A stretch of DNA of 59,448 bases, counting the filler, from Sphacelaria rigidula (lineage: Eukaryota): NCBI GenBank assembly GCA_964200075.2. It is 6 parts of 6 records of this genome, joined end to end, with 100 filler letters (N's around TTAATTAATTAA, not from the genome) between each part and the next. Parts side by side here need not be neighbours in the genome. Positions count along the whole stretch, not along the records: positions 19,853 to 29,677 come from CAXNAA020007681.1; positions 29,778 to 39,601 come from CAXNAA020007682.1; 4 more parts are not named here. The stretch is one strand, 5' to 3'. A program made the position numbers and the translations under genes. This document shows, piece by piece, positions 24,953 through 38,820 of this stretch (position 1 is its first letter; every line of letters begins with the position of its first letter). Below the pieces are notes generated by a model that was not told where the DNA came from, searched no databases, and saw only the letters and a list, made by a program, of their open reading frames with translations.

Positions 24953-25500
24953 TCATCTCCACATACAGCGTGTACCCATTGAACTGTCCTGGAGAAACGT
25001 TACTCCCATCTCAACGATATTTCGGTGCGCCTTGCACGAGGCCACCATCTTCTCAATGACCTTGAATCCCTCTGCCTCACCGTGCTTTCGCTTCAACTCG
25101 TCTACTTCAGCACCGCCGAGTATAGCACATAGGTACGGGGTAAAATCCCTCGTACGCCGTGCAAACCTTCGAGTCCGGCCTAGGGCAATAATCATTTCCG
25201 TATTTAACGCCTTAAGCATGCTCTATTTCAATTTTTCAGGCTTCTCGTTGTTGATCCTACGCCGAAACTCTGGCGTCACCTTACCCCAGGAGTACTCGAT
25301 ACCTAACCCTGCCAATTCCGGGCGGCATTCCGGTGGCATTATGAGTAAATGCTCGCGACTCTCGACTACGTGCTGTAGCTCAGTCTTCTCCTCTTTGAAA
25401 TCCCATGACGGTAAATATGTCCTTGCCACTTCTAGGGCCCACCGAACCCGTCATGCCATCTTCCCTCAACCCCCTCTCCCACAAAATCCACGCATGAGAC
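24953..25500 (-). pseudogene. Frameshifted C-terminal relic of a Tc1/mariner-IS630-like DDE transposase
   Basis: Fragments ILWERGL / WDFKEEKTELQHVVESREHLLIMPPECRPELAGLGIEYSWGK...FRRRIN / RRFARRTRDF are spread over three frames. They resemble the KG.K.VL.ERGL...DF......LQ..VE.RGH...F.PK.HPEL..IE..WG pattern. Confidence 0.75.
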
Positions 25501-25771
25501 GGGGAGAATACATGAATACCGGTCCCTACTGTGATTCCGCGACTTTGTGTTTGATTGTGGGCAATAAGTTCATGGAGGTAATCTGTCGACGAAGACACAT
25601 GTGACGGTGTCTGACATTTTATCAGTGCGCTCTTCTTTTGGTCGCATCTAATTTTGTGTTGTAATCGCCCATTTCTCTCCGCGCGCCGCCCACCGCCCCC
25701 ACCTCGCGCTGCACTTCCACGATTCGAATATTCAGGTCACTACTCTCCTCTCTACTCCTCCATGCCAGACA

Positions 25772-26250
25772 GTGGGTGGTGTCGTTTTCTCTTCTTCCCA
25801 TCAGGAGCAATCTGAGAGCTCGAGCCCACCGAGAGCCTCCCAAGCCACTCGAGAGGGTGTCAATTACGCTCCCCCCTCTGCTGGGCGGGAGCAACGGCCT
25901 TGGGGACCCCGCGCAGAGTTTCCACCTGTACAGCAGCAGCAACAGCAACAGCAGCAGCAGCAGCAGCAGAAAATTAGACGGATGCCAGATGAAGGTACTC
26001 CGCGCGCCGCCCACATCCCCAGCCTCGCGCTGCACTTTCATGGTTCGAACATTCAGGTCACTGCTCTCCCCTCTACTTCTCCATGTCCGACAGTGGGTGA
26101 TGTCGTTTTTCCTTCTTTCCATCACCAGCGGTTTGAGAACTCGAGCGCACCGCGAGTCTCCCAATCCGCTCAAGATGATGCCAATCACGCTCCCCCCTCC
26201 GATATGTCGGAACAACAACCTTGGGGACCCCGTCCAGAGTTTTTGCCTGC

Positions 26251-26290
<40 letters not shown>

Positions 26291-26872
26291 CAACAGGAGC
26301 GACAACAGCACACTCGGCCGACATCAGACCAGGGCGCTGGACCTTCGCCTGGTTCTCGACAGCTCTTTCACCGTAGCACACATGAAACTGCTAGACGACG
26401 GACGGCTCGGACCTATCATGCGGTGACTGGGTGGCAGCGGCGTCAGCAGCAGCAGCAATGACACTCGGGACCAGTGCCAGATCAGGGGGCGCAACCCGTG
26501 CCTGAGCCCCAACAGCAATTCCATATCGGATAACACCAATCTACCGGGCGACGAGCGGCTCAATATTCTGGTGGGGTTGCTGGGGGGCGGCCCCAGCTAC
26601 GGAAGAAGCTGCAGAAGCGGCTACTGCAGCCGCAGAAGCAGCTACAGCAGCTGCAGCAGCTGCTGCTGCAGCAGCAGCAACAACAACAACAGCCACTTGC
26701 TGGTGACAGTGATTGCGATTCGTACTGCGCTAGCTATGAAAGCGGATCATCTCTTTGCGGAAGCGATGAAGATGCTGATGAGGGCAACACCCGAACATCA
26801 TCTAGAGGGAGACAGCTGCAACGGGCTTATCCCTCCGCAGCCGTTCAGGAAGATGAGGAGATGGATAGCGAA

Positions 26873-26945
<73 letters not shown>

Positions 26946-27123
26946 GTGACAGCGGTGGTGACGATGACGGTGACGATGACGATGGTGAAGACGATAACGA
27001 TGATGATGACGGAGACGACAACGACGAGGAAGACGACGAGGAAGACGACGAGGGCAATGCCAGTAGTCATGATGAGGGCGGGGGCGACAGTGTAGACAGT
27101 GCAGATAGCGAGGGAGAAGACCA
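25772..27123 (+). pseudogene. Poly-Q / acidic low-complexity coding region with two in-frame stops and an internal ~320-bp tandem duplication
   Basis: One frame runs from ORF 25772..26461 through TGA (26459) and TAA (~26531) into QLRKKLQKRLLQPQKQLQ...EEMDSEDDD and ends at a CAG|GTGAGA donor. Duplicated units lie at about 25678-25970 and 25998-26290. Confidence 0.45.
26873..26941 (+). repeat. (GAC)23 microsatellite encoding poly-Asp
   Basis: Perfect trinucleotide run. Confidence 0.95.
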
Positions 27124-28529
27124 GGTGAGATACAGTAGAGTCATGACGACGGTATGGGCGGCAGGAGCTTCCCTCATTGAATAGAAGCTATTTGCGCATG
27201 ATTCCTCGATATATTATAATTATGTGCTCATGTCACGGCATACAATAGTAGTCAAGAAAAAATATATGGAGTATTGACGTCCGACGGCGATTGGAAGCGC
27301 GATTTAGCCTGGAAATATCGCCTCTGCAGCTTTCATCCAGAATATACATTAGATAACAGTTTCGTTGATGATAACTTGGATGAGAGCATTCAACCCGCAC
27401 GACGAAAAGGTCAGCCCGGACTGGGAGGCCGGAGCTTCCTGGAACCATCCAAAACATATCTTCGGACGCCAGCACCTCCATGTCCGGTCAACTTATCTTC
27501 ATCTTATGTGAAGAAAATCCTTGTTTTGTACCCAATTTTGCGTATACCTCCACACTCTGCGCGAAATTTGAAAGTAATGTCGATGAACGTGATTGTCCTG
27601 CAAAATCAAGCGAACCAGTCTCGGACACAAAAACGACCGCTCCCTCCTCGCAACCCCTCCCCCCCACTGATCCGTGATATCCATCATGAAAAATATAATG
27701 CTTATTTCGATCAATTTATTCACGTTTGCAAAGCGTGAAGAGAAGCTCTCATAAGAGATTTCTCACTTCGCATACAAGCATGTCGGTTTGACGGTCATTT
27801 CGACAAGACCGTTCAGCATGTAGTACGAGCTGGGGAGGTCATCACGTTCCAACCACGTGCAACCGTTGATTGATTGGTCAATTGATTATCTCACATTAGC
27901 TGATTGCAACAATCCAGCCCGTGGTCAGGAGCAGCAAAAAAAAAAACGGGATAATAAAAGAAGAAAAAGAAGGGAAGAAAGAGGAAAAAGACAGAAGCAA
28001 CGGCCTCACAATGGAAATAAGAAATGAAGTGGCGACAACAACAATAACACCACCACCAACAACACCAACACCAACACCAACACCAACAACAACAACAGCA
28101 ACAAACCGCAGCAATATCAACAATAAAACAACAGACAAACACACACAAATAACACACACAAACAACACAACAAGATGATTACCTCGCATGACGTAGCTGA
28201 TTGCAACACTGTATGTATCTCCCATCTGCTTTGTGCCTCTATAGTGGCGCTTCTACTCCGCCCACCCGCCCTTCCGCCATCATGGCCACTGCCGACTCCA
28301 CGACGCGTTCGCATGGTTCGGACACACAGGTTCAGCCTTCACACCAGGCTGGGCGGCGATGCGCTACAATTCCGGCTTCCATGGTCCTCCTCGCTGTGTT
28401 CCTGAGAATGAAAGCAAGAGCTCGTGGGACGCCGGGTGTGCCACCATCGAACAGCAGGGTGGTCAACCTTCGTCTGGACCCCAGCAGCAGTTCCAGCTTG
28501 CGGCACACCTGGCTGCTGGGGATGTACGT

Positions 28530-28564
<35 letters not shown>

Positions 28565-29603
28565 GTATGGTAACGACGACAATGACAATGATGTGTCGAC
28601 CAGTTTATGGCACGCTCTTCTTCCTTCGGGTTGACCGGGTCGATTCCTCCTCTACTAGGAGCGCCGGCCAACAACGGCAAATGCATGTGTTACGTTTAGA
28701 GTGCTGGTTCATACTTGTTTGTGTCTTTTTCATGAGAACATTTTACAGGGAGTGGGAAAGCTGGTCTGGAGATGGTGTACTTTGACATGCATCCCTGGTA
28801 GCAGTCGAATGACATTACTGGTAGCGTGGTAGTGCTGGGTGACGCAACAACAAGAGCGGGGACTAAGTGAGAGACGGTGAGAGAGACAGACTTCGTGGTG
28901 GGGGTGGAAGAGAGCCCCACGGTTTTGTAACTCAGACTGTGCCACACATGTCCGCCCCACCCTACCGCTGAACTACATGCGTTCGGTGCCGACCGGCGGC
29001 GACAAGCAGCGCGAGCTTTTGCTGGTAGGGGGGGCTGTACTCATTTCACCACAGCGACGGCCCTGGGAGTAGCGAAGAGAGACTCTCCCCCCTCCCGAAG
29101 TACCATGCTTACATGTTTCTGGGGAGAGCGGTTTTCTGCAAGTGCGCTTAGTGCCGTGTCCAGTATCTGCGCTTGCTTGCAAGGACTCTTGTCCACGAAG
29201 AGTTGCATAGTCAGAGCCTGTTGTGTCGTCATGTGCGTTCAGGCGTGCGGATTGCTGGAAAAGAATCTGTCTTTCTTTGGGAACGTCGCTGCGCCATGTT
29301 TGCGTGTGTTCGTACGGTTGGTTTTGTCAAAGATCATCGTGAGACTCTAGCCCTTGCATTGTACGGCATGCAGTCCCGGATTTTGTCGACTGGAGGGCAG
29401 GTGAGACACAGTACAAATATGATCCTGGTCCAACCAGAGATTCGTTTCGCCAAGTAGCGGTACTTCCCTTCCGGCATAGGGCGCACTCTTAGAAGAAACC
29501 GCGCGTTTGGCACTCGATACATCCATTAACTTCATTGTGCAAGACCTGAACCCGATTGGGCATCCTCTAAGTAATTGTGGCGAAGAGCGCACGGTGATGG
29601 AGT

Positions 29604-29635
29604 GGGGGGGGGGGGTACTCATTTGTTGCTTGCCT
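29604..29635 (-). repeat. Very short copy of the poly-C-associated repeat, flanked by G-runs on both sides
   Basis: G-run, then TACTCATTTGTTGCTTGCCT, then CATGAGTGAT and another G-run. Confidence 0.75.
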
Positions 29636-29677
29636 CATGAGTGATGGGGGGGGGGACGAACCACTATTTTGCTTAAT

Positions 29678-29777
29678 NNNNNNNNNNNNNNNNNNNNNNN
29701 NNNNNNNNNNNNNNNNNNNNNTTAATTAATTAANNNNNNNNNNNNNNNNNNNNNNNNNNNNNNNNNNNNNNNNNNNN
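29678..29777. other. Artificial concatenation spacer
   Basis: N44-TTAATTAATTAA-N44. Confidence 0.97.
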
Positions 29778-29845
29778 CGAATGTACCGCGCAGATATCGG
29801 AACGGTTTTTTAATGTCAAGACAACAACAGCAACAACAACAACAA
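29778..29845 (+). repeat. 3' end of a (CAA)n-tailed retroposon-like repeat
   Basis: CGAATGTACCGCGCAGATATCGGAACGGTTTTT followed by a (CAA)n tail; reverse-complement copy at 48253-48348. Confidence 0.75.
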
Positions 29846-30161
29846 TCACCCTCCCTCCTGTTCCCACAAAAGGAAATGTGTGGGAAATAAATTAAGGTAG
29901 CACGAAATCGTTTGGTACATCAAACAGTGACGAGGAAACGATGGCAATTCTAGGAGATAAGCGGTGGCCACAGACGGCGAAACATCCAGAGGCACGTCTA
30001 ACGTCTGGACCCTCATTACGTTAGACATGTTACTGAGAGGTCTACTGGTGAAGTTCCTTCAACGACTGACACCCACGAAACACAAAACGGAAGACTGTCC
30101 TAGTAGTCAATCAACACGGGCTACTTGCACCGCTACGCCTTCAACACGATCATCCACCCAC

Positions 30162-33100
30162 GTGGTGTCGGTATGGTTCTCCTTGAAGTCCCTGATGTGC
30201 CTGGTAGGTGCCTTCTCTTTGTCCTTGTCTCCTTTTCCACCCGTCTTTTTAGCGCCTGCCTTGGCCGGCGCCTTGGCCTTCGCGTCTTCGGCACCAGGGA
30301 GCAGACTCTCCAGGAACTGCTTGTAGTTCTGGGTCCAAGTGCGCACAGGCAGCTCCGTGATCTCAACCTGCAGCCAAGTTTCAAATAATGGAAACGGTGT
30401 TTGTGAGAGAAGAGTCTTCTCCAGCTTTTTTACACCGTGATCCGTCGGAGATTGTTTTCAACTACGAAATGTCACAGGGCGGGGCAACTATTTTCGTTCG
30501 TGCAGTAAATTGGAAGCGAGTTTCAGACGGGAACAAGATCGTTCTCTACCGATAGCTGACAGCCGACTCATAATGGAATGTATATGTGTAGTATTGAAGA
30601 AAAAAAACACTACATCCATTCACCTGCAACATAACATGGAGACGATCAGCCATGAAAGAGGGGCGGGGGATAGCGAGTGGCATGATCCTGCTTGCCCTCG
30701 GGGAACTTAGTCGACTTCCGATTGCCAATACGTTTACGTGTCGCTTGATTCAGAGTGTACGATTGTTTTCCAGTTTATTGATTGTCGCATATTACAGATC
30801 AACTAATCCTCGAGGGATACAGCCGTAATCAAAAGAGACAAGTATCCGTGCTGAACACAACGGTAACACTCGCTGAGGAAAAACAAGAAAATAAATAATA
30901 AGTATTAGAGTAAGGCCACTTCTGATGTTTGAAATAAAAATCTGGTTGAAAACTCCCTTTTTTGGCCGTTCTCTATCGTATTATCACGCCGGGAAATAAG
31001 GCTACACGAATGTTGGCACCTTCGAATAACTCTCTCTGCACCTCGAGACGGTTCCAGGACAACTTTTCGTTTTACGGTGGCTGCAAGTTATCAAAAAGTG
31101 GAATTTCAGTAACAAACGGTCAAGTTATCAAAAAGTGGAATTTCCGCCCTGCTTTTTCACGACTTAATCGTTAGTTGCTAAAAATGCAAGTTTGGCCGAA
31201 AAATAATACGTTGGCCGCCGAACAACGCAAACGTGCCTTGCAATGGTTTTCCCGAGTAGCGCAAGTCATTCCAAGGGGTGACCATCCGCCAGCCCTCTTT
31301 CGGTCTTAGGGTGGCGAAGGAGGGCCAGAAAGGCGATGTTCGACAAGATTTGTGTTTGTGACATAAAAGAAAATGGGCGAAACTGAAGAGAAGAAAGGGA
31401 GTCACAACGTTAACAAAAACAAGCAGAAGAAAGGGAGTGGAAATGAAGAGAGAACAACAACAAAAGAGAAGGCCGAAGAAAAATGACAACAACAAGAAAC
31501 ACTAGGAATGGCCGGCCCCTGCAGCATGACATCAGGTGAGTAAGGCCGTGTGATCAAACATCCATATACAAAACTAAAGAATTAATAGATAAAGACCCTG
31601 AAAGTTGCGCAGCAAGAACGGGAAAAAGAAATTGCACAGGCAGGCAGTCCAAGACTAAGACATATGAAATTGATCTACCGACACGCACAGAGACTGTTCC
31701 TCACCGTAGTGTCATCGATGCGGTTCACGATACCCATGCACGCGTAGCTGCCGTCAAACCCCTTCTTACCCGCCTTCGGCTGAAGGGATCATCATCCGTC
31801 ACAACGGCCCGAATAAACGATCATCATAGGCACGGGCGAGAGGGGAGGGAGGAGTAGGAGGAGGGGCTCAACGTTTCAATCAAGGACAACCGTGGCTCTC
31901 TCCGTCGCCACCAGCCGCTTTATTACTCTGCTTGAAAAGTGGTATCTAAAAGGTCCACAACAAGTTTGTACCATAATCATCAGCTTGTCAACATTTATGT
32001 GTGGGGAGACGTCATTACTGTTCAGAAGAATGACTCAAACCAACTACGATGTACGGCGGATCACGACCCTATAACTGTGCGTAACACTTGCAATCTCGCT
32101 CGTCCCTGCCGATTTGGGGACAAAAGTAAAAAATAAAAATACGTATTTCGGACTTCATTATCCCATTTACACTAGCCCAAGTGAGAGTCCCTTTCACGAG
32201 ACGTTTCCGCGAATCCCGTTGTGCTGACATATGAGTGGAAACGAAGGCCAACCACAAAGTCGAAATACAACGAAAGGTGCACTGGCGTGCAAGCTAACCA
32301 GCAGCAACGAAAGGCATCTGCATACTGCACGTGTGCTTCTCGTCTTCTGTTACTTGTTGTGACTCACGACACTTTCTACGACAGCCCCCCCCCCCAAAAC
32401 CAGCCCAGAAGTGTCACCAAAAAAATGGCCATACAACGCCTGATGTTTGGGTTCAGGTTGCATGAAGCGCCTCATGTGGGCGACATTGGCTAGAACGAAC
32501 CCAAACATGGGAATTCCCAGCTGCTCGTTGTTCTCGGCTTTTCCCGTTTCGATTTACGTCAAGATCTTGCCTCCCAAAACCATGCACTTTTTTTTTGTTG
32601 GGGGGGGGGGCTATCGTAGAAAGGGTCTCACCGTGATGGAGCCCGCGAAGCCAGAGTACCAGGGCTGCATCTCCACGAAACCCTGGCCCCTGATGCGCCT
32701 CCTCAAGTTTTCGATGACATCCCTCGGGGAGTAGTTGGGTACCTGAGCCATCCGATGCAGCAAAAATAGTGACAAACGCTCAATAATATTAAAATGAGTA
32801 TAAACGCGGCGGTTGCATTGATGAAATATCTATAAACCACAACGGGATCCTGTCTCATCCTGGTGTCATGAAAACACTACGGGGTTAGCAGCCATGCAAA
32901 AAGCACAATGAAACAAAAAATTCCAGAGTCCGAAACGTCTGGACGGCCTAACCCCGCGCATGAATGGGGTCGAATCATCAAATACACGTAGTCTCTGAGG
33001 CAACTTACCTGGCTACTCCAGCCAGTGCCGATCCCATCAGAGCCATTCACCAAGATGAGGGGCAGCACGGGCATGTAGAACTCCGGCTCGATGGACAGCC

Positions 33101-36100
33101 CATCATCATCCAGGTACGTCAACAGGGAGTCATCGTCGGGATGGAACACGGCCCGAGCTACCTTCTCCAGGCGGGTGAAGATGTAACGGGGGCTGGCCGC
33201 ATCCTGTTGACACAAACGAATGACACAGACATGTCACGTTCGTACAGAATGAAGTTCCGTGAACGAAATGTTGGAGAGAAGCATTCGCAGTACTCCTCCA
33301 GCGCAGGCCCGCCCACGCAACAGTGGTGACCAAAAAAATGATATCTCGAGCAGATTTTTGCTTTTTGCATCAAAATGCGCCGAGGGCTGCGGTATTGTAA
33401 TCACCACCTGTGTTGAAAAAAACTCAGGGTACCACATTGATGAGAGACCGGAGATTTTGGGCTTGTCGATCTTCCGTCAGACATGGACCACTTACTGGGC
33501 AGGTGAGAGGAACAAAGCGAGAGAAAGCACAGGGAAATGAAAAACAAACCAGCGCGATTCGAGCTCCAAATCACATCAAAGTCACGTAATACATGCAAGA
33601 CTCGTACCCGCGATAGACAAAAAATCAACAAGTGGATGCATTCCCGTAATTCGGTACACCCAGCAATCATAGAACGGGTACATCCAAACTCAGCCTCGAC
33701 GGTGCAGGACACCATACGCGTTGCCTAGCCAGTGTAAACCGTTGGATGGTCTGTACAATAACACACACCTCTACATCTCGAACCAACGAAACTACCATGG
33801 ATTACGATCCACTGCATCGTGCATGGAGCGTGTACTGTATACCTTGCCGCCCATGAGACGAGTGCCGAATTGGCCTCCGGGGTTGAGCAGATTCACGTTG
33901 TTACTGCCCGTGTAGTTCTGTGCCATGGCGATGATGGTGCCGTTGAGTGATGCTTCACCGTGATGGTAGGCGGAGTGCTCGGACACGTAACCAGCCAGTT
34001 GAACTACCTGAAATTCACGCAGTAAAATGAGTAGCAACGCCGAAGGCGGACAAGACAGTTCCCATGCGGTAAGGAATGGAAACTATTTGCAGCAGCAGCT
34101 TACAATACGTAGTGTTTCGTCGAGTCGATTGTGGCGCAGTGTTGTGTATCATGGGAGGCGAACGATGCATCGCCGTCCTCATACGTTTTGCTTCACGCGC
34201 AATAACCATAGGCAAACCCAGGTCCAACAGCACCGCCGACATTATCACGCACATCACCATTACCGTCCGTTACGGAGTAAATGGATCGTCTGGGACACAA
34301 GAATGATTCAACTGTATATGTTCTCTGACTTCAGGCGACGTTCGACATGGAGACTCTTCTCACAACATCCAAACATCCATCTCTTGTTTCAGTTTGATGT
34401 TCCTTCCGTTCTCATAATCCTCTCACTTCACCCGATTGGTTTTCCCCATTGTTCTTTTTACTTTCATCTCCCTCTCTTCCCGTGTTTCCCTTAGCGGTTG
34501 CTTCGGTTATGTTTGCCTTCGCTACACCCATTTCATCACTTTCGACTACATTCGCAGCGGACTAGTCACTACGCAGCACGTAATTCAAACAAGCCCGGCT
34601 CCAGACACTTCTTCACTACACAAATTACGGCGGCAAGGCCACTGCAGTTATCCAAGACATAAAGGTCAGTCTTCCTCGCCACCTCCTGCAATATATCCCA
34701 TATAAAATTGATACAGCATCTTCACCACCACAACCGCCCTCACTGTTGTAGAGTACGGCATTATTCCAGTACTTTTCTCCTGCAATCGCGGAACCGAAAC
34801 TTCTCGATACATCGCTCGCCGCCATCGCCATCAACCATCACCATCAATCGTACAGCTCTAGATACGACACCGCTGCCAGTGTAAATCCTGACCTTGATCT
34901 CCTTCTTGAGATTTCTCTTGAAGCACGAGAAGAGGACCTTTCTCTGCGAAGGCTTGAATCCGTCCACCAGGCACGGAATGGAGCGCTTGTTGTCTTCCAT
35001 CTGGTCATCAAAACGTCGCAAAGACAGAACATACGTTGGGCACGGCACATCACAAGGAAAACGCACCCTAATATCACTACTTGGTTGCACAAGAACAGGA
35101 CGGACGATGAGGTAAGCAACTTCCAAGAAAAACAACACCACTTTACCTACTCGCAAGTTGCGACAGGGGTCGATCCTACAAAATACGTTTCCTGCGCGTG
35201 CGGATCGACACACCACAGCGAATTTCATCATGGAAACAAAAAAATGAACGACTTTTCCGACAGACCCTCCCACCCTGATTTGTTTTTCGCGATGCTTTCA
35301 ACCCTCCTGCCGCACCACGAATCTGCACTTCCAATATATTACTCATCCGTGCTCCGGCACTTCCATTGTAATCTACGTCGCGAACTAGATTAGCACTTTT
35401 AAGGCCCACACAGCTTCTATATCAACCCCTCATATTTTCGCAGCCCCAAACCTCAAATAAATGTTCAGCGATCAACCGGAAGATTGCGTCGTCACCCACC
35501 GAGAAGAGGATGAGCTCCTTGTTAATGAAGCTCTCGTACGTCACGGACTCCACGTTGTAGTCGGCATGAGTCCCCGCCTTAAATCCCCGCAGCCAGTCTT
35601 TCCTGTCCTCCACTGCGACATGATCGTATAGAAAAGAAAGAAGAAAAGAAAAAACGCATGTCTTCATACACTCGCCATGTATTGGATACGTAAGTACCGT
35701 ACACTAGCTCACCGGATACTAATACCAATATCTAGTTGTTATCACAAGATATTCGTAACCGATTTAAAATGTACGCCGAGGCTGTATTCGTGCAGCAGTC
35801 ATCATGTATCGAAATTCGATCGAAATAAAAAAAGCAACGAAAAAGCTTGACCGCAAGTGGGATAACCAACGAGCGTTGGCGAAACACCACACGACAGGAG
35901 TATCTTGCGGAGGACCGTGCCGAAGGAGGGAATCGAGGACCGCCTGCTACAGGAAGATTCTAAGCGCGATCAATCAGCGCGTGTCGACAGTAAAAAAAAG
36001 AGCAACTTGCACCATGAAAACCCTACTTCCATCACGAAAACTGGAGTAGCACGTTCCTAATCCCCCGCCAACAATGTATGGAAGAAACGTAATAAGCTAC

Positions 36101-38820
36101 AGAAGGAAAGTAATGAGCGCCAGAATGTTTGAGGTGTCTCTATTAGGAGTNNNNNNNNNNGCTCCGTCTCGAAAGGGATGCGTGGTCAATGGTCAAATGA
36201 CTAAGGCAAGCAACAAATGAGTACGCCCCCCCCGTCGGTTGGCGGTTACACGTACATCCCACCATGCTACGATGCAGGTGGGCGACGTCGCTAATTGTTC
36301 CTCCGCTTCTTCAAGGCCGTAACATTCACTAACGCCTACATCGAGTATCCTGCCCGACGTCTTTTGACACGATGACGTTATGCCGGGCGAGGAAGGATCT
36401 GTTAATTTGTCACGAATCTAGCGGCCTACTGTTGGGATGAGACAAGAGACACACACAAACAAGAAAAAAATGACACAGACAAGAGGCATGGCCTGTCTTT
36501 TGGTCGCCGAAGCATCTGACGTTTCCTTTCCTAGTCGACAGTTGTTGTTTAGCTCAGAATATACGTCATAATCTCCACAACAGACACAACAAATAGTAAT
36601 GAAAACATTGCGGAGAAAATTCCCAGAAAAATATTGTAGCATGGCAAACATCACTCCATCTGTCACCTCTCTTCTTGCTGAAGGCCATGTCGATCAGATC
36701 AGAGTCTTGTTGATCGTTTTTCCACTCGAATTCCAGTTGGTGCGTGTCCAGGGCGGCGAAGTATTCCTTCGCCTCCTTTGCCGTGGAAGTACCCAGACCC
36801 TATCGTCGGACAATAAACGCATATCATCACATCGGAGATAAATAGACACATCATTGCTACAATCACAGTTACAATTCAGCACGAAACGATACCCGCAATT
36901 CCAACAACAGCAAGTCCAGCCCGCTTGGCAAACGCACAGTGCCCGCCTTTAGGCGGTCATACATACGAGATCAACCACGATGAACAACGCCTCATCATCG
37001 CCACATGATCCCCACTTATAGACAACACCCGGCTGTAAAGGTAATTTACGCACGCACGAGCATGCGTAAACGCATGAACAGCTGCACTTCCAACCGGCAC
37101 CAAGAACAACACCGCGTGTACCACATACCACTTATAACATGTATATTTATATATATATATTACGAGGTTCAAAACATCCTCGTGACATATCACAAAAGCG
37201 GTACGAGTACACTAAAAATATCGTGCATGAGCACTACGCTTCGGAGACTCGTTGAAACAGCTTTCGATTGTTCAAGCAGTAAGCTTGTCAAGCAGTAAAC
37301 TTGTGCTTCCAAAGCGCCCAAAACAGCACAGGCGTTCACGGTAGGATACAAAGTAGGATATTCTAGACAGTCAATACCGCGCATACCCTGAGGCACCAGT
37401 TTGTTCAAATACTCTCGACACAATAATCACGGTACCGAGGGTACGCATTCTACCCTCGCAACCTTGGAAAAACAAATACCTTATAGTACTTGGCATTCCA
37501 GCCCTTCCCGTTGTTGTGGGACTCCTTCCATAGCATGTACTCCGGGACTGTGTAGAATGACAGCTCGCTACGCCCTGTCGAGCGGGCACCCAACGGCCGG
37601 CATTCGCTTAGTTGAAGAATTTCGCATTCCATTACACAGTCGCCAGGTTAGCCATCATACTTCGTCAATAATGTCAACGCGTTGATGGGTCTTTTTAACG
37701 TGGTGCTCATTTTTGTCTTCGTCTCTTCGGGAAAAACTCCATTTTTTCGACTTCTTCCCCCTCCCTCCCAAAAACAAAATGTCTGAAAAAAATGAGACGC
37801 TACGTTTTCGGAGAAATCTGTGGGTGCAAAATTGTCCATTGACTGCCTCATCAAGAAAACTGTTCTATATTTTTCGGAGAAGAGCTTTTCTGGAAAAAAA
37901 TCGACATTTCTGGGAAGGGGAGGGGGGGGGGGATAGACCCGTTAGTGATACCCCTGAGATACCACGCTCGGGCGAATCAAATATCTGCTAAACCGAAACA
38001 CAACGGAAACAGTGATCAATTGCTTCCGCGACTGGAATGGCCGCATTGAATCAGATTCAGGTGGCTGCCCGCATGCGGCGAGTCGAAACATGTGATCAAC
38101 TGTCTTGATGCCAACAGGGACGACTGTAGCCTCCATATCGCGCTGTTGTTGCAAAATCGTATGTTCAGCAACAAAACGGTTCGACAAAAGCGCATTGGCA
38201 GGTCCACGTACTCGGCCAACACGGCACTTCGGTAGTCGAACGCTTGGCCGTCGAAGTTCTTACCCTTGGCGACTTTGACGATTGGGGTGATGAACTCCTG
38301 CAGGAAGCCGTCGATCTTCAGCAGAGACGGCCAGTAGTGGTGCATAAAGTTGATCAAAAGACCTGCATCAGGAAGCACAGCATGAGTTGGGAAAATGTGC
38401 ACATCAAGACACACATTGAATGGAGAGGAGACACAAAAAAAGCAGGACGAGTATATACCTCTAGTGGTGCGCACAGCTGGCCGACAAACCAACTTCACGT
38501 ATCATGTCAAAACACATAGCACAACACACACAATAGAACAAAAGAAGTCGGCGGCACGGGGCATGTAGGACTTCGACGAACACTCTGTCGTGTACGTGTC
38601 ATGTTCCACACGGGACGCATCCACGTGGGCAAAAACCGTTTCACACCGTCGCTCCGAGGATGCCACACGGGGTGGGAAAAGTTACTGTATTTGAAATCTC
38701 ACCCTTGATGTGGCTGCCATCGTGGTCCTGATCGGTCATGATCATCAGGTGTCCGTATCGAAGGCTTTTCGTATCGGTGTACTCCGTGTTGAATTTCAGG
38801 CCCAGGATCTTCACCACGTT
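30162..38820 (-). CDS. TOP2: DNA topoisomerase II (type IIA), internal part; exons 38820-38703, 38362-38264, 37574-37480, 36799-36667, 35612-35500, 35000-34893, 34007-33843, 33203-33009, 32742-32632, 31779-31705, 30367-30162
   Basis: Phase-consistent GT-AG introns. Motifs: LRYGHLMIMTDQDHDGSHIKG (TOPRIM DxD), FLQEFITPIVK, KYYKGLGTS, RSIPCLVDGFKPSQRKVLF, YHHGEASL, GQFGTRLMGGKDAASPRY (catalytic Tyr), LVNGSDGIGTGWS, VEITELPVRTWTQNYK. The ATPase domain and C-terminus fall outside this scaffold. The donor of the last exon is approximate. Confidence 0.97.
36164..36233 (+). repeat. Copy of the poly-C-associated repeat inside a TOP2 intron, next to a 10-N gap
   Basis: CCGTCTCGAAAGGGATGCGTGGTCAATGGTCAAATGACTAAGGCAAGCAACAAATGAGTACG followed by C8. 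Confidence 0.85.

Noticed and set aside
27891-28225. Cys/Trp-rich or Thr/Pro-rich ORFs
   Set aside because: Translations of a CAA/CAC microsatellite.
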